The notes: a model not told the origin generated them from the letters alone. 64,000 nucleotides of DNA from a bacterium (GCA_965261085.1 OZ253442.1:1664001-1728000); one strand, 5' to 3'. Shown: positions 40,430 to 50,914, counted from the first letter of the stretch. Numbers and translations: made by a program.

Positions 40430-40978
40430 TTATGGATACAAAACTTGGCACACATAACTTGCCACAAAACCGAGGCCAAGAATACCGTATAAAAGCATGA
40501 ATATAATAGGAACAATCTTCTCGCTATTTGTAGAAGCCTTGTATATCTCCGGATTTATCCCTTCGCCTAGAGCATGCCACTCTGCGGCAAATAGCGCCAT
40601 CGGTAGATGCTTCTCAATAAGATGGATTATCTTAAATTTCCCTGTGTTGAGTTGGTTGTATGAGTGAATTAATGTGCGCCAAGCATGACAGATGAAGCAC
40701 CCGGCCACAGAAACAACTATGATGCCTACTGTAACCAGTTCTATTTTGATCGCGTTTTTCCCCATCAACCCAATAGCCAAGCCTAGTGCCGACATAGACA
40801 GAGTATTTATTGAAAAAAAGAAAGTATTCACTGTTTGGCGACGCGACACCAATTTCTCAGATGTTTCGACAAATATTTTATACTGTTCCAAGATAATTGA
40901 CAGCTGTCCACTTTCGTTATTTGGAACTCCTTGAGGAAATAGAGTCGATTCTAAGTCGAGTTCTCTAAGCTTAGTCAT
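40430..40978 (-). CDS. Small multi-TM membrane protein (candidate pore-forming effector, RipA/octameric membrane protein-like)
   Basis: EQYK..VE..EK..SRRQ..NTFF..INT followed by 2 TM helices, SY.QLN.GKF.II..IE..LP...F..EW, then a C-terminal TM; family name is from recall. Confidence 0.6.
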   Translation of the reverse strand: MTKLRELDLESTLFPQGVPNNESGQLSIILEQYKIFVETSEKLVSRRQTVNTFFFSINTLSMSALGLAIGLMGKNAIKIELVTVGIIVVSVAGCFICHAWRTLIHSYNQLNTGKFKIIHLIEKHLPMALFAAEWHALGEGINPEIYKASTNSEKIVPIIFMLLYGILGLGFVASYVCQVLYP

Positions 40979-41400
40979 TTCACCAGTTCTCTCAATCTTA
41001 GCTGCGCTTCATATGACAGCAATTTAAAATCGTAAGATAGTGGCGCAATGGAATTTTCTCTTAATATCGGGGGAATCTGTACTGCACCGTCAACGATTCG
41101 TATTGGGACAACTGGCTTTGCAAGTTCAATCGCTTTGCTAATTTCCCAAGTGACAGCGGCACTTCTGTGAGTTTCTCCACCAATCAAACAGATAAAGAAG
41201 GTTGATTGTCCAATCTTTGTCTCGCAGTGGGATTTCCAATCTTGTTCGTAAATGTCTGTTACAGGGTGCCCCAACAGTCGAAGATGCGGATATTGATGAC
41301 TCACTTTTTTCCTAAACAAGGCAGCATACAACTTATCAGTTGTGGAAAAACTGACAAACGCGCTTGTATCCGAGTCATTTAGAAGACGACGCGAGAACAT
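40975..41400 (-). CDS. Second TIR-like domain protein
   Basis: AFVSFS..D; I..S.FFICLIG..T..S..V.WEI..A....KPVVPI; 4-nt overlap with the downstream gene. Confidence 0.75.
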   Translation of the reverse strand: MFSRRLLNDSDTSAFVSFSTTDKLYAALFRKKVSHQYPHLRLLGHPVTDIYEQDWKSHCETKIGQSTFFICLIGGETHRSAAVTWEISKAIELAKPVVPIRIVDGAVQIPPILRENSIAPLSYDFKLLSYEAQLRLRELVK

Positions 41401-41413
41401 TGACAATTTATCT

Positions 41414-41610
41414 TTACATGAAGTTACCTGCTGAACATTCAACATTAGCAATTCCCAAGCCGAGGTTGGTTCTTTGTCCACTAGGTAGCGTCAAACGTTG
41501 CACCCAACTTTTCGACCCGGTGAATCCAACGACCAGATACAACGTCGGACCATATGATGACAGCCCGGTCTCTTGATGGCCGCCACCTCTTTCGCCGTTA
41601 TGTTTTTCAT
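41414..41610 (-). pseudogene. Frameshifted, truncated integrase N-terminal arm-DNA-binding domain
   Basis: MKNITAKEVAAIKRPG followed in another frame by GPTLYLVVGFTGSKSWVQRLTLPSGQRTNLGLG; lies just 3' of the tRNA. Confidence 0.75.
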
Positions 41611-41778
41611 GGAAAATTCTCCCCAAAAATTGATTTGCCACGCAAAATACCACTCCCAAAACCGGAATACAACGGAAGCAAACGGAGGCGTCAAGGTGCA
41701 GTGCGCAACAAAAAATCAATATTTCTCAATCATTTGTTGAGAATATTGGAATGGTGTGAAATTTAGTGGAAACATGAG

Positions 41779-41854
41779 TGGTGCGCGTGGCAGGAGTCGA
41801 ACCTGCGACTTCCTGCTCCGGAGGCAGGCGCTCTATCCTCTGAGCTACACGCGC
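41779..41854 (-). tRNA. tRNA-Arg (CCG)
   Basis: GCGCGTGTAGCTCAGAGGATAGAGCGCCTGCCTCCGGAGCAGGAAGTCGCAGGTTCGACTCCTGCCACGCGCACCA; cloverleaf with encoded CCA. Confidence 0.97.
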
Positions 41855-41886
41855 ATATTCATCAAAGACTTAAAAAAACCTCACCC

Positions 41887-42126
41887 CTATATCTTGGAGT
41901 GCGTGCCGTCGCACATGGGCGCGTTGCCCGTCTGCTTGCAGCCGCAAAAGGCGCAGGTCTTGCCCGCCTGAACGTCGAGCACGATGGGGCGGAATTCCGA
42001 TCCCTTGTGCGAGCCGTCACAGAAAGGCTGCGATTTGCTCAGGCCGCATGCGCACCAGGCGACTTTTTCATCTTTTTCCGGTTTATAGATATAAGGCGAT
42101 TTCTGGGCCATGTGGGGGTCGGCCAT
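41887..42126 (-). CDS. CDGSH iron-sulfur domain protein (two motifs)
   Basis: WCACGLSKSQPFCDGSH and FCGCKQT..APMCDGTH. Confidence 0.92.
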   Translation of the reverse strand: MADPHMAQKSPYIYKPEKDEKVAWCACGLSKSQPFCDGSHKGSEFRPIVLDVQAGKTCAFCGCKQTGNAPMCDGTHSKI

Positions 42127-42284
42127 CGATACGTTCTCCTTTCGTGCAACGCGGTGGTCGGTATGGAATTCGTCCGGTATTCTAGTCCGAATCATCGCCC
42201 TTGAAAAGAAGGCTGCGCCGCAAGGCCGCCGGTTCGTGTGGCGCAGATGCGAAATGCCCTATTTGTAAGTGAAACGGAGCGCAT

Positions 42285-42923
42285 ATGCCCGCATCCTCGA
42301 CCGCGCGTCTTCTGCGCGTATTGGAGCAAACCTACCCCGCTGCGCGCTGCGCGCTTCACTACCAAAACCCGCTCGAACTGCTGGTGGCGACGATGCTCTC
42401 CGCCCAATGCACGGATGAGCGGGTGAACAAGGTCACCCCCGCTCTTTTCGCCCGCTACCCGGACGCCGCCTCTTTTGCGGAGGCGGAGCCCGCTGAACTC
42501 GAGGAATTGATTCACTCCTGTGGCTTTTATCGCCAGAAGGCGAAGTCCATACGCGCGTGCTGTCGCCGCCTCACCGAGGAATTCGGGGGTGAAGTACCCG
42601 ATGAGATGGATGATCTGGTGACCCTTCCGGGTGTGGGGCGCAAGACGGCCAACGTCGTTCTGAACGAGGCTTACGGGCGGCCCGCCATCGCCGTGGATAC
42701 GCACGTTCTGCGCACGGGGAACAGGCTGGGCTTGATATCGACGCGCGACCCGGTGAAGGCCGAGTTCCAACTCTTAGACGCCGTGCCGAAAAAATGGTGG
42801 GGTCGCGTCACCTTGTTGTTGATTCACCACGGGAGAAATTGCTGCTCGGCGAGAAAGCCCCGTTGCGCGGATTGTCCGATTCTGGAGGATTGTCCCCATG
42901 GCCGGGAGGTTGTCTCTCCTTGA
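42285..42923 (+). CDS. nth: Endonuclease III
   Basis: LSAQCTDERVN, LPGVGRKTANV, VDTH, C-terminal 4Fe-4S cysteine motif. Confidence 0.95.
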   Translation: MPASSTARLLRVLEQTYPAARCALHYQNPLELLVATMLSAQCTDERVNKVTPALFARYPDAASFAEAEPAELEELIHSCGFYRQKAKSIRACCRRLTEEFGGEVPDEMDDLVTLPGVGRKTANVVLNEAYGRPAIAVDTHVLRTGNRLGLISTRDPVKAEFQLLDAVPKKWWGRVTLLLIHHGRNCCSARKPRCADCPILEDCPHGREVVSP

Positions 42924-43032
42924 TGGTTTCGGTTTGTTCCCTATCGGGCTGGACAATTGAATTTCCGAGTCTTTATAATCAGGTATTGATCATTCGTCTT
43001 GTGAAGCCGAACCCGTAATCCGGAGGTTATCC

Positions 43033-44031
43033 ATGGCCAATGGCGCAGCCGTCGGTACCGACACGATTCTGGAACTAAGAGATCTGCACACCTATTTTCA
43101 TACGCCCGAGGGCACGGTGCGCGCCGTGGACGGCGTGAGCTACAGCTTAAAAGCGGGAGAGACGCTCGGGGTCGTGGGCGAGTCGGGGTGCGGCAAGACG
43201 GTGACGGCGCTTTCGGTGCTTCGCCTCATACCCGAGCCGCCGGGCGAGATATTCGGAGACGGCATCTTCTTCGAGGGCCTCGATCTGACGAAGCTCAACA
43301 CGAAGGAGTTGCGCAAGATTCGGGGTAATCACATCTCGATGATCTTCCAGGAGCCGATGACGAGCTTAAACCCGGTGTTCACCATCGGCTTCCAGATCGC
43401 CGAAGCCGTTATGCTCCACCAGGGGATGACGAAAAAAGACGCGATGGACAAGGCCGCCGAGATGCTCGACCTGGTCGGCATCCCCCTGCCGCGCCAAAGG
43501 GTCCGGGAATATCCCCACCAACTCTCGGGCGGCATGCGGCAGCGCGCGATGATCGCCATGGCGCTCTCGTGCAACCCGAAAATCCTCCTGGCCGATGAGC
43601 CGACCACGGCGCTCGACGTGACCATCCAGGCGCAGATTCTCGACCTCATGGTCAAATTGCAGGACGACCTGGGCACGGCGGTCATCCTCATCACGCACGA
43701 TTTGGGTCTCGTGGCCGAGACTTGCAAACGCGTCGTCGTGATGTACGCCGGCAAGGTGGTCGAGGAAGCGACGACGGAGGAAATTTTCGGAAACCCGCTC
43801 CATCCCTACACACGGGGGTTGCTCAACTCGATACCGAAGATCAACACCACCAACCCGGGCCAGCGTATTCGACTGGAGGAGATCAAGGGCATCGTGCCCA
43901 GCTTGAACCGCCTGCCGACGGGTTGCAGCTTCAATCCGAGGTGCCCCGAGGTGAAGGCGATGTGCCTGGAGCACGAACCCGAACTCAAAGAGGTAACTCC
44001 CGGGCACTTCGTCCGCTGTCTGCTCTATTAG
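43033..44031 (+). CDS. Oligopeptide/dipeptide ABC transporter ATP-binding protein (OppD/DppD-like)
   Basis: [37 protein letters not shown]. Confidence 0.93.
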   Translation: MANGAAVGTDTILELRDLHTYFHTPEGTVRAVDGVSYSLKAGETLGVVGESGCGKTVTALSVLRLIPEPPGEIFGDGIFFEGLDLTKLNTKELRKIRGNHISMIFQEPMTSLNPVFTIGFQIAEAVMLHQGMTKKDAMDKAAEMLDLVGIPLPRQRVREYPHQLSGGMRQRAMIAMALSCNPKILLADEPTTALDVTIQAQILDLMVKLQDDLGTAVILITHDLGLVAETCKRVVVMYAGKVVEEATTEEIFGNPLHPYTRGLLNSIPKINTTNPGQRIRLEEIKGIVPSLNRLPTGCSFNPRCPEVKAMCLEHEPELKEVTPGHFVRCLLY

Positions 44032-44263
44032 CCGCGTTCCCCGCCACTGAGGCCATCCGAAATCATTTTCTCTCCTCCTCTTGGAGAAAATATAGATTTT
44101 GGGATATAGTCGCCTTTCTGTGGACTCGGTTGTTGGTCCAGATTGACCTGATTTTGAATCCGCACGCGCGTGGTCGATGGCGAGAATCCTGACGTATGGA
44201 CTCGATTCCGGATTCGCCTTTTAAGGCCGCAGCGACTGCAAAGGCAGGAAAGGAAACGCATAC

Positions 44264-45409
44264 ATGTCATTGATTCGCATCGCCATCGCCGGCGTCGGGA
44301 ACTGCGCGAGTTCCTTGCTACAGGGCATCGAGTATTACCGCCATGATCCCGAAGAGGAACTGGGCCTCATGCACCGGGATCTGGGCGGCTATGGGCCCGA
44401 AGACGTCGAGGTCGTGGCGGCTTTCGACATCGACGTCCGCAAGGTGGGGCAGCCGCTTCACGTAGCGGCCTTCGCCAAGCCCAACTGCACCAAAACGATC
44501 TGGGAGAACCTGCCCGACTACGGGGTGAACGTCCTGATGGGACCCATCCTCGACGGGGTGGCGTCCCACATGGCGGAATATGCTTCTGATCGCTCTTTTC
44601 TGCCCGCCGAGGCCGAACCCTGCGACGTGGCTGCGGAGCTTCGCGAGAGCGGCGCGGAAATCCTCCTGAACTTCATGCCCGTGGGTTCCGAGCAGGCGGC
44701 GCGCCACTACGCCGAAGCGTCGCTGGAAGCCGGTGTTTCCTTCATCAACTGCATGCCGGTGTTCATCGTCTCCGACCCCGAATGGGCGGGCCGATTCACC
44801 GAGGCGGGCATTCCCGTGGTGGGAGACGACGTGAAGGCCCAGCTCGGCGCCACCATACTCCACCGCACACTCGCCAGGCTGTGCGCGGACAGGGGCGTGA
44901 AGCTAAAGCGCACCTATCAGCTGAACACGGGCGGGAACACCGATTTTCTGAACATGCTGGAGCGCTCCCGTCTCAAATCGAAGAAAATCTCGAAAACGGA
45001 CGCCGTGCAGAGCCAGTTGCCCGAACCACTCGATTCGGACGACATCCACATCGGCCCCTCAGACTACGTGCCCTGGCAGAACGACAATAAGATATGTTTC
45101 CTGAGAATCGAGGCGGAAGGCTTCGGCGGCGTGCCGCTCGAAATCGAAGCGCGCCTCTCGGTCGAGGATTCCCCCAACTCGGGCGGCGTCGTCATCGACG
45201 TGATTCGCCTGGCGCGCATCGCGCGCGACAGGGGCGAGGCGGGGCCGCTCTACCCGGTGAGCGCCTATATGATGAAACACCCCCCGGTGCAGGTGCCCGA
45301 TTCCGTATCGCGCATCATGATCGACGAGTTCATCGCGGGCGATCTGCGTGCGAGCGATCAGGTCGAGTTCAACGGAAACGGTTTGCCTGCGCGCTACCAT
45401 CACAAATAG
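44264..45409 (+). CDS. ino1: Inositol-3-phosphate synthase
   Basis: GVGNCASSL.QG, GDDVKAQLGAT, QLNTGGNTDFLNM, DSPNSGG. Confidence 0.93.
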   Translation: MSLIRIAIAGVGNCASSLLQGIEYYRHDPEEELGLMHRDLGGYGPEDVEVVAAFDIDVRKVGQPLHVAAFAKPNCTKTIWENLPDYGVNVLMGPILDGVASHMAEYASDRSFLPAEAEPCDVAAELRESGAEILLNFMPVGSEQAARHYAEASLEAGVSFINCMPVFIVSDPEWAGRFTEAGIPVVGDDVKAQLGATILHRTLARLCADRGVKLKRTYQLNTGGNTDFLNMLERSRLKSKKISKTDAVQSQLPEPLDSDDIHIGPSDYVPWQNDNKICFLRIEAEGFGGVPLEIEARLSVEDSPNSGGVVIDVIRLARIARDRGEAGPLYPVSAYMMKHPPVQVPDSVSRIMIDEFIAGDLRASDQVEFNGNGLPARYHHK

Positions 45410-45432
45410 TTCCTCGCTTCAGAGAAAATTCA

Positions 45433-45465
45433 GCCCCCGGGTTTGACGCCCGGGGGTTTTTGTTT
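45433..45465 (+). terminator. Intrinsic terminator
   Basis: CCCCCGGG-TTTGACG-CCCGGGGG followed by TTTTTGTTT. Confidence 0.75.
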
Positions 45466-45475
45466 ACAAGGCGCA

Positions 45476-45886
45476 TCAATTCCCGCCGTAGGTCTCTCCC
45501 GCTCGCTCTGAAAGTTCTATTCGCACGTCCTCGGGCCCCCGGATGTAGGCCGTCGTTCTGCCCCCCATGCCCGAAGGAGAAGGGTCGCGGATGAAATCCG
45601 CCCCTGCTTCTTTCATCTGGGCGGCGAGGCCGTGAATGTCGTCCACGGCGAAGGAGAAGTGGTCGAGACCCATGACGGCCTCGGGATGGTTCTCGCCGAT
45701 GCTCTCCCCGGGCCGCACGCCCCTTAGGAAAAGCCTGGCTTCCCCGACGCGGACGACGGCGTTGGGCGCGCCATGAAAGTTTTCTTCCTGGTAGATGACT
45801 TCGCCGCCGAAGATGTCCTCGAAGAAGGCGACCATCTTTCCTGAATCCTTGCAGATAATGTGCACATGATCGAACGATAAGCCCAT
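45476..45886 (-). CDS. VOC / glyoxalase family protein
   Basis: FDHVHI, LDHFSFAVDDI, GPEDVRIEL. Confidence 0.85.
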   Translation of the reverse strand: MGLSFDHVHIICKDSGKMVAFFEDIFGGEVIYQEENFHGAPNAVVRVGEARLFLRGVRPGESIGENHPEAVMGLDHFSFAVDDIHGLAAQMKEAGADFIRDPSPSGMGGRTTAYIRGPEDVRIELSERAGETYGGN

Positions 45887-46011
45887 GGATGACTCCTTTT
45901 ATATGACGGTTGGAACCCCTCGTTTTGATGAGGGCCAATGTCGCCCGTTCGGGGGCGTGTGGTCAATCGCTCTCATCGTGTAGAATGATGAACCTTAAAG
46001 AGGAGGTGCGC

Positions 46012-46914
46012 ATGGCCGGTATGCAGAAAGTGCCCACCAGTTGGAAAACGGGGCTTCAGCGCATGGCCCCGGGTGTTTACGCCTACATTCAGGCGGGCGG
46101 GCTGAACGTCTCGAACGCAGGCCTCGTCGTGGGAGATGATGAAGCTCTCGTCGTCGATGCGCTATACGTGCGGCCGATGACGCAGGCTTTTCAGGAGTCG
46201 ATCCGAAAGGCGACCCGAAAGCCTGTGCGCAAGATAGTCTGCACCCACCACCATGCGGATCACACACTGGGGCTCACCTGGTTTGATAAGGATATCCCCA
46301 TCATCGCGCACCGCTACATGCGCGAGCGGATGGTGGAAACGGGCCTCGACCTCGCGCATTACAGGGGCGTGAACCCCGAGCACGCGGGAGAACTGAAAAA
46401 TCTCAAACAGCGGTTTCCCACCATCGCCTATGAGGGGGGGATGACGCTGCGCCTGGGCAAGCGCGTCGTGGAACTCCACCACCTGGGCCATGCGCATTCC
46501 AAGGGCGACACCGTCGTCTATCTGCCGAAAGAACGCGTTCTCTTCACGGGAGATATCTGCTTTCACTTCGTCACGCCCGCCACGTTCGATGGCCACATAA
46601 GTGGGTGGATACGGATTGCCGAGAAGATACTGAAAACCTTCTCCATCGAGAGGGTCGTTCCGGGGCACGGGCCGCCGGGGGATAAGGGAGCGCTTCAGGA
46701 GACCTTGGGGTACTTGAGGCTCGTGCGCCGTGAGGCGAAAAAGCGTTTCGAGAAAGGGATGCCGCCTATGCGCGCCGCGCGCGAGATTCCCTTAGGGCGA
46801 TATGCGGACTGGATGAAGCCGGACCGCGTCGAGCAGGCCGTGATGAAGCTCTATAACGAATTCAAAGGCAGAGGCGAGCAAGGGATATCGCTTCACGACG
46901 CACGGGGCGGATGA
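46012..46914 (+). CDS. MBL-fold metallo-hydrolase (cyclase-like)
   Basis: THHHADH, AHSKGD, FTGD, PGHG; GAGGAGG RBS. Confidence 0.9.
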   Translation: MAGMQKVPTSWKTGLQRMAPGVYAYIQAGGLNVSNAGLVVGDDEALVVDALYVRPMTQAFQESIRKATRKPVRKIVCTHHHADHTLGLTWFDKDIPIIAHRYMRERMVETGLDLAHYRGVNPEHAGELKNLKQRFPTIAYEGGMTLRLGKRVVELHHLGHAHSKGDTVVYLPKERVLFTGDICFHFVTPATFDGHISGWIRIAEKILKTFSIERVVPGHGPPGDKGALQETLGYLRLVRREAKKRFEKGMPPMRAAREIPLGRYADWMKPDRVEQAVMKLYNEFKGRGEQGISLHDARGG

Positions 46915-47309
46915 GTCTCCGGGCCGGGCCGCCTGAAAGCCGGGAGGGCGCGATGCCCGAAAATTACGACCAAAGACGAAGCCGCTGCATGCTCGATCAA
47001 TCCTCGAACACCCAGAACCCCATACACCTCATCTTGAGAAGCCCCTATGCGCTCAAAACGGGCTATGCGGATTCGCATGATGACGTGCGCGCCCTACTCG
47101 ACGCCTATAACACCCTGGCTACTCTGGATGAGCCCGCCGCCGATGCGCGCGAAGCCCTGGCCAAAGACGCAGATGCGCTCTCATCGCACTACGCCCGCGC
47201 GCACATGTCGGCCCTCTCTGAACACCTGGGTTTTCTCGCGGAACTCCTGCGCAGCGGCTACCCCATCCGGCCGGTGATGGATGCGACCAGGCTGGAGGAA
47301 ATTTCGTAG
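46911..47309 (+). CDS. Hypothetical protein
   Basis: ORF overlaps the upstream stop codon; no recognised motif; start uncertain. Confidence 0.4.
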   Translation: MSLRAGPPESREGAMPENYDQRRSRCMLDQSSNTQNPIHLILRSPYALKTGYADSHDDVRALLDAYNTLATLDEPAADAREALAKDADALSSHYARAHMSALSEHLGFLAELLRSGYPIRPVMDATRLEEIS

Positions 47310-47532
47310 AATCGAAAAAATTGCTGCTCGGTAGTTTTCAATTAAAGGTTGCAAGAAGTTTCAATTTTCGCTATCATTACGCCTGTCCTTGAAGTTTATA
47401 TTCTGCTACTATATTTTGTGTGCAGATTGCTAATTTCTACAAGATGCGGTAATTATATCTATCATTCAACTTAACGATGAGCTAATATATTTGCATGAAC
47501 GATGTGCCTCGATTCGTATGGCTCTCTAAACT

Positions 47533-48585
47533 ATGGATAATTCCAAAAATTTGATGACATTCCACAATTACCATGAAACCGAGAAGGGAAAAATGGTATT
47601 GGGGGACTCGGCTGAGTTCTTGTCTCTCTGCGAAGAAAATTCCGTCAATCTCATAATGACAAGCCCTCCTTTCGGCTTGGTTAGAAAAAAGGACTATGGA
47701 AACGTACATGCGGATGACTATATAGATTGGTTCAAACCTTTCGCGCAACATTTCAAGCGGGTTTTAAGGGATGATGGCAGTTTGGTAATTGATATCGGAG
47801 GTGCCTGGAATCAGGGACAGCCGACGAGGCATCTTTATCACTTCAAATTATTGATCATGCTTTGCGAAGAATACGGATTTCATTTAGCGCAAGATTTTTA
47901 CTGGTGGAATCCATCGAAGTTGCCGACACCGGCGGAGTGGGTGACTGTAAGAAGAATCAGGGTCAAGGATAGCATCAATACCGTTTGGTGGTTGTCGAAA
48001 ACTCCCTGGCCAAAAGCCAGTAATCGTAGAGTTCTCCAGCCATACAGCGACAGTATGAAAGAGCTTTTGGAAAAAGGATACAAACCAAAAGCTCGGCCAT
48101 CGGGTCATGATATTAGTGAGAAATTCAGGGTCAATAATGGGGCGGCAATTCCACCTAATTTGCTTGCTGTTCCTAATACGGAAAGCAATAGTTTTTATTT
48201 GAGATATTGCCAGTCAAAAGGGTTGAAACCCAATCCCGCTAGGTATCCGGCGCAAATACCCGAGTATTTCGTTCGTATGCTGACTGATAAAGACGATTTG
48301 GTTTTAGACCCGTTCGCCGGAAGTTGCGTCACCGGTGAAGTATGCGAGCGACTGGAGAGAAAGTGGATATGTATCGAACTTGTTGAGGAGTATCTGAAAG
48401 GCGCAATCGGGCGATTCGGAAGTTCTGCGGAAATGAGTATGAATGTCGGATATACAAAGGCCTCCTCGAATTATTATAGAATCCCCAAACTTGGCTCTTT
48501 CTGGAATGGCACGCCAAATGATGTGCTACCCTCCGATGGTGGAAGAAAAAGGCCGAACAAAAAAATACAAAAAGTAGATGGTTAG
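47533..48585 (+). CDS. Site-specific DNA methyltransferase (N4-cytosine type, beta class)
   Basis: TSPPF catalytic motif precedes DPFAGS SAM-binding motif; AT-rich. Confidence 0.9.
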   Translation: MDNSKNLMTFHNYHETEKGKMVLGDSAEFLSLCEENSVNLIMTSPPFGLVRKKDYGNVHADDYIDWFKPFAQHFKRVLRDDGSLVIDIGGAWNQGQPTRHLYHFKLLIMLCEEYGFHLAQDFYWWNPSKLPTPAEWVTVRRIRVKDSINTVWWLSKTPWPKASNRRVLQPYSDSMKELLEKGYKPKARPSGHDISEKFRVNNGAAIPPNLLAVPNTESNSFYLRYCQSKGLKPNPARYPAQIPEYFVRMLTDKDDLVLDPFAGSCVTGEVCERLERKWICIELVEEYLKGAIGRFGSSAEMSMNVGYTKASSNYYRIPKLGSFWNGTPNDVLPSDGGRKRPNKKIQKVDG

Positions 48586-49576
48586 GCTAAGTAAAAAACA
48601 ATTACTGAAACACGTTGAGAATTCTTTTGCTGAAAGTGGATGGATTTTTTTCTATATATCAAGCACCGGCACTCACCCTGCACGATTCCATATCTATCGA
48701 AATGATCAGAGATTCATAGTTCGAGTTTACATCTGGAACCTTACACATGGTGGAGGCGTAGCCCGTCCCCCAGATGAATATAGAATTCAGATCACGGGGT
48801 TTGATCATTTTGAACCCGAACCGGAAGGCGTAACCTTGATTCTCGGTTGGTGGGATGACGCAGGTGTTTTTGCGGGATTTGATTATAAGCATCATTCAGG
48901 AATTTTGGGGTCTTCGCCGTCGATTCAAATTCAAGAATCAGCTTTGAGAACGGCGGCAATCAATGGATTCGCCCCGTACAATAAAGGCAGTGGGGAGCTG
49001 TCTATCGCTTTTCGACCGGATTTTATCGGAGCTTATGTCGAAAACATAGAGCACCTTCATGATTGCGGAAAAGCGAATTCCGATAGAGAAATTTTGATGA
49101 AAGTTGCGAATGAACCGGACTCTGTCGAAGACATCGAAATAGAAACGAGTGTTACCCAAAAGCGCCGGTATGCAATTACATCGACTCGTAGGGCCTTGAG
49201 AGATATTAATTTTCGGGATCGCGTTTTGACCGCTTATAAACATCGTTGCGCATTTTGTGGAATTCAACTCAAATTACTCGACAGTGCGCATATTTTACCT
49301 GCCAGGCATCCCGCAAGTAGTGATCTTACGTCGAATGGAATCGCATTGTGCGCTTTGCATCATAGGGCATACGATAGGTCTTTAATCACGTTTGATTCTA
49401 GTTTTCAAACAAAAACGAACAATGTAAAAATTCAAGAGTTTAAAGAGACTGGACATGATGGTGGGCTGACAAGTTTCTTAAAAGCAATGAGGCCAATTTT
49501 AATTTTACCACCCGATAGGCGGGATCATCCTCGCGAAGATTTCATTCAGAAAGCAAATCGAATAAGAGGGTGGTGA
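48578..49576 (+). CDS. HNH restriction endonuclease
   Basis: FR..VL.AY..RCAFCG....LDSAHI.P....D...NGIALC..HH.AYD; overlaps the methylase stop. Confidence 0.88.
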   Translation: MVRLSKKQLLKHVENSFAESGWIFFYISSTGTHPARFHIYRNDQRFIVRVYIWNLTHGGGVARPPDEYRIQITGFDHFEPEPEGVTLILGWWDDAGVFAGFDYKHHSGILGSSPSIQIQESALRTAAINGFAPYNKGSGELSIAFRPDFIGAYVENIEHLHDCGKANSDREILMKVANEPDSVEDIEIETSVTQKRRYAITSTRRALRDINFRDRVLTAYKHRCAFCGIQLKLLDSAHILPARHPASSDLTSNGIALCALHHRAYDRSLITFDSSFQTKTNNVKIQEFKETGHDGGLTSFLKAMRPILILPPDRRDHPREDFIQKANRIRGW

Positions 49577-49606
49577 ATTTTGTTGCAAGAACTTTGAGAG
49601 CCACAC

Positions 49607-49643
49607 AAAAAACCCCCGGAACTCACGCCCCGGGGGTTTCTTA
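49607..49643. terminator. Bidirectional intrinsic terminator
   Basis: AAAAAACCCCCGG..CCCGGGGGTTTC between convergent genes. Confidence 0.65.
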
Positions 49644-49714
49644 TGGCTCGGCTTTTCTTACTTCACTACATCCGTTGCCCGCGTTGAGAGGGCTTTATGT
49701 TTTCCTCGCCCCTA

Positions 49715-50914
49715 TCAATGCCCGTTGGCGGCGGCGCCGGCGGGGGCTTCCGTGAGGCCGCAGAAGAACTCGTAGTCGATGAGTTCGGTGATCGATGGGC
49801 TGTCTCCGCACACCGGGCAGGCCGGGTCGCGCCTGATCTTGAGCGTTCTGAACTGCGATTTGAGCGCGTCGTACATCAGCAGTTTGCCGATCAAGGGTTC
49901 GCCGAAGCCCACGATGAGCTTGGCCGTCTCCGTCGCCTGGATGGAGCCCATCGTGCCGCACAGCGCGCCCAGCACGCCCGCGTCCTGGCAGGAGGGCACC
50001 ATGCCGGGAGGCGGCGGTTCGGGATAGAGGCAGCGGTAGCAGGGGCCGCCCTCTCCGGGGTGGTAGACGGTGGCTTGGCCCTCGAACTTGAAGATCGAGG
50101 CGTCGACGATGGGTTTACCGAGAAAGACCGCCGCGTCGTTCACGAGGTAGCGGGTCGGGAAGTTGTCCGCCCCGTTCACGATGACGTCGTAGTCTTTCAG
50201 GAGGTCGAGCGCGTTGTTGCGGTTAATCATCTCCTCGTGCGAGATGATGTTCACGTCCGGGTTCAGCGCGGTGAGGGTGGCCCTTGCGCTTTCCACCTTG
50301 GAGGTGCCCACGCGATCGTTCGTGTGGACGATCTGGCGCTGTAAGTTGCTCATGTCCACCACGTCCAGGTCCACGATGCCGATGTTGCCCACGCCCATGG
50401 CGGTCAGATAAAGCCCGGTCGGAGAACCCAGCCCGCCCGCGCCTATCAGGACGACCTTGGCGTCCAGGAGTTTGGACTGGCCTTTTTCCCCGATTTGAGA
50501 GAGCAGGAAGTGGCGGCTGTAGCGGTTTAACTGCTCGGCGCTCATCTGCTTGTCCACCTGGACGGGGAAGGCCAGGTCTTTCCATTTTCCGTAGCCGCCC
50601 GCCATGGATTTCACGTTCTGATAGCCCATGGACTGGAGCACCTGGCCCGCGAGCAGCGAGCGCACCCCACCCGCGCAATAAGCGATGATGGGCGTCGTCC
50701 TGTCGGGAACGACTTGTTCGATTTTAAGTTCCAGGAATCCTCGGCTCACGTGCTCGGCGCCCGGCAGGTAGCCGCCCCTGAATTCATCGGGTTCACGCAC
50801 GTCGATGAGCGCCACATCGGCGCCTGAATCGATGGCGGATTTCACTTCTTCCACCGTGATCTCAGGAACATCGCCCCGCGCGGCCTCGAGCAGATCCCGT
50901 CCTGTTTTAGACAT
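49715..50914 (-). CDS. moeB: Molybdopterin-synthase adenylyltransferase MoeB with N-terminal rhodanese domain
   Basis: IDVRE..E and YCAGGVRS; RYSRH, IGAGGLGSP, SNLQRQ, PCYRCLYP. Confidence 0.92.
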   Translation of the reverse strand: MSKTGRDLLEAARGDVPEITVEEVKSAIDSGADVALIDVREPDEFRGGYLPGAEHVSRGFLELKIEQVVPDRTTPIIAYCAGGVRSLLAGQVLQSMGYQNVKSMAGGYGKWKDLAFPVQVDKQMSAEQLNRYSRHFLLSQIGEKGQSKLLDAKVVLIGAGGLGSPTGLYLTAMGVGNIGIVDLDVVDMSNLQRQIVHTNDRVGTSKVESARATLTALNPDVNIISHEEMINRNNALDLLKDYDVIVNGADNFPTRYLVNDAAVFLGKPIVDASIFKFEGQATVYHPGEGGPCYRCLYPEPPPPGMVPSCQDAGVLGALCGTMGSIQATETAKLIVGFGEPLIGKLLMYDALKSQFRTLKIRRDPACPVCGDSPSITELIDYEFFCGLTEAPAGAAANGH

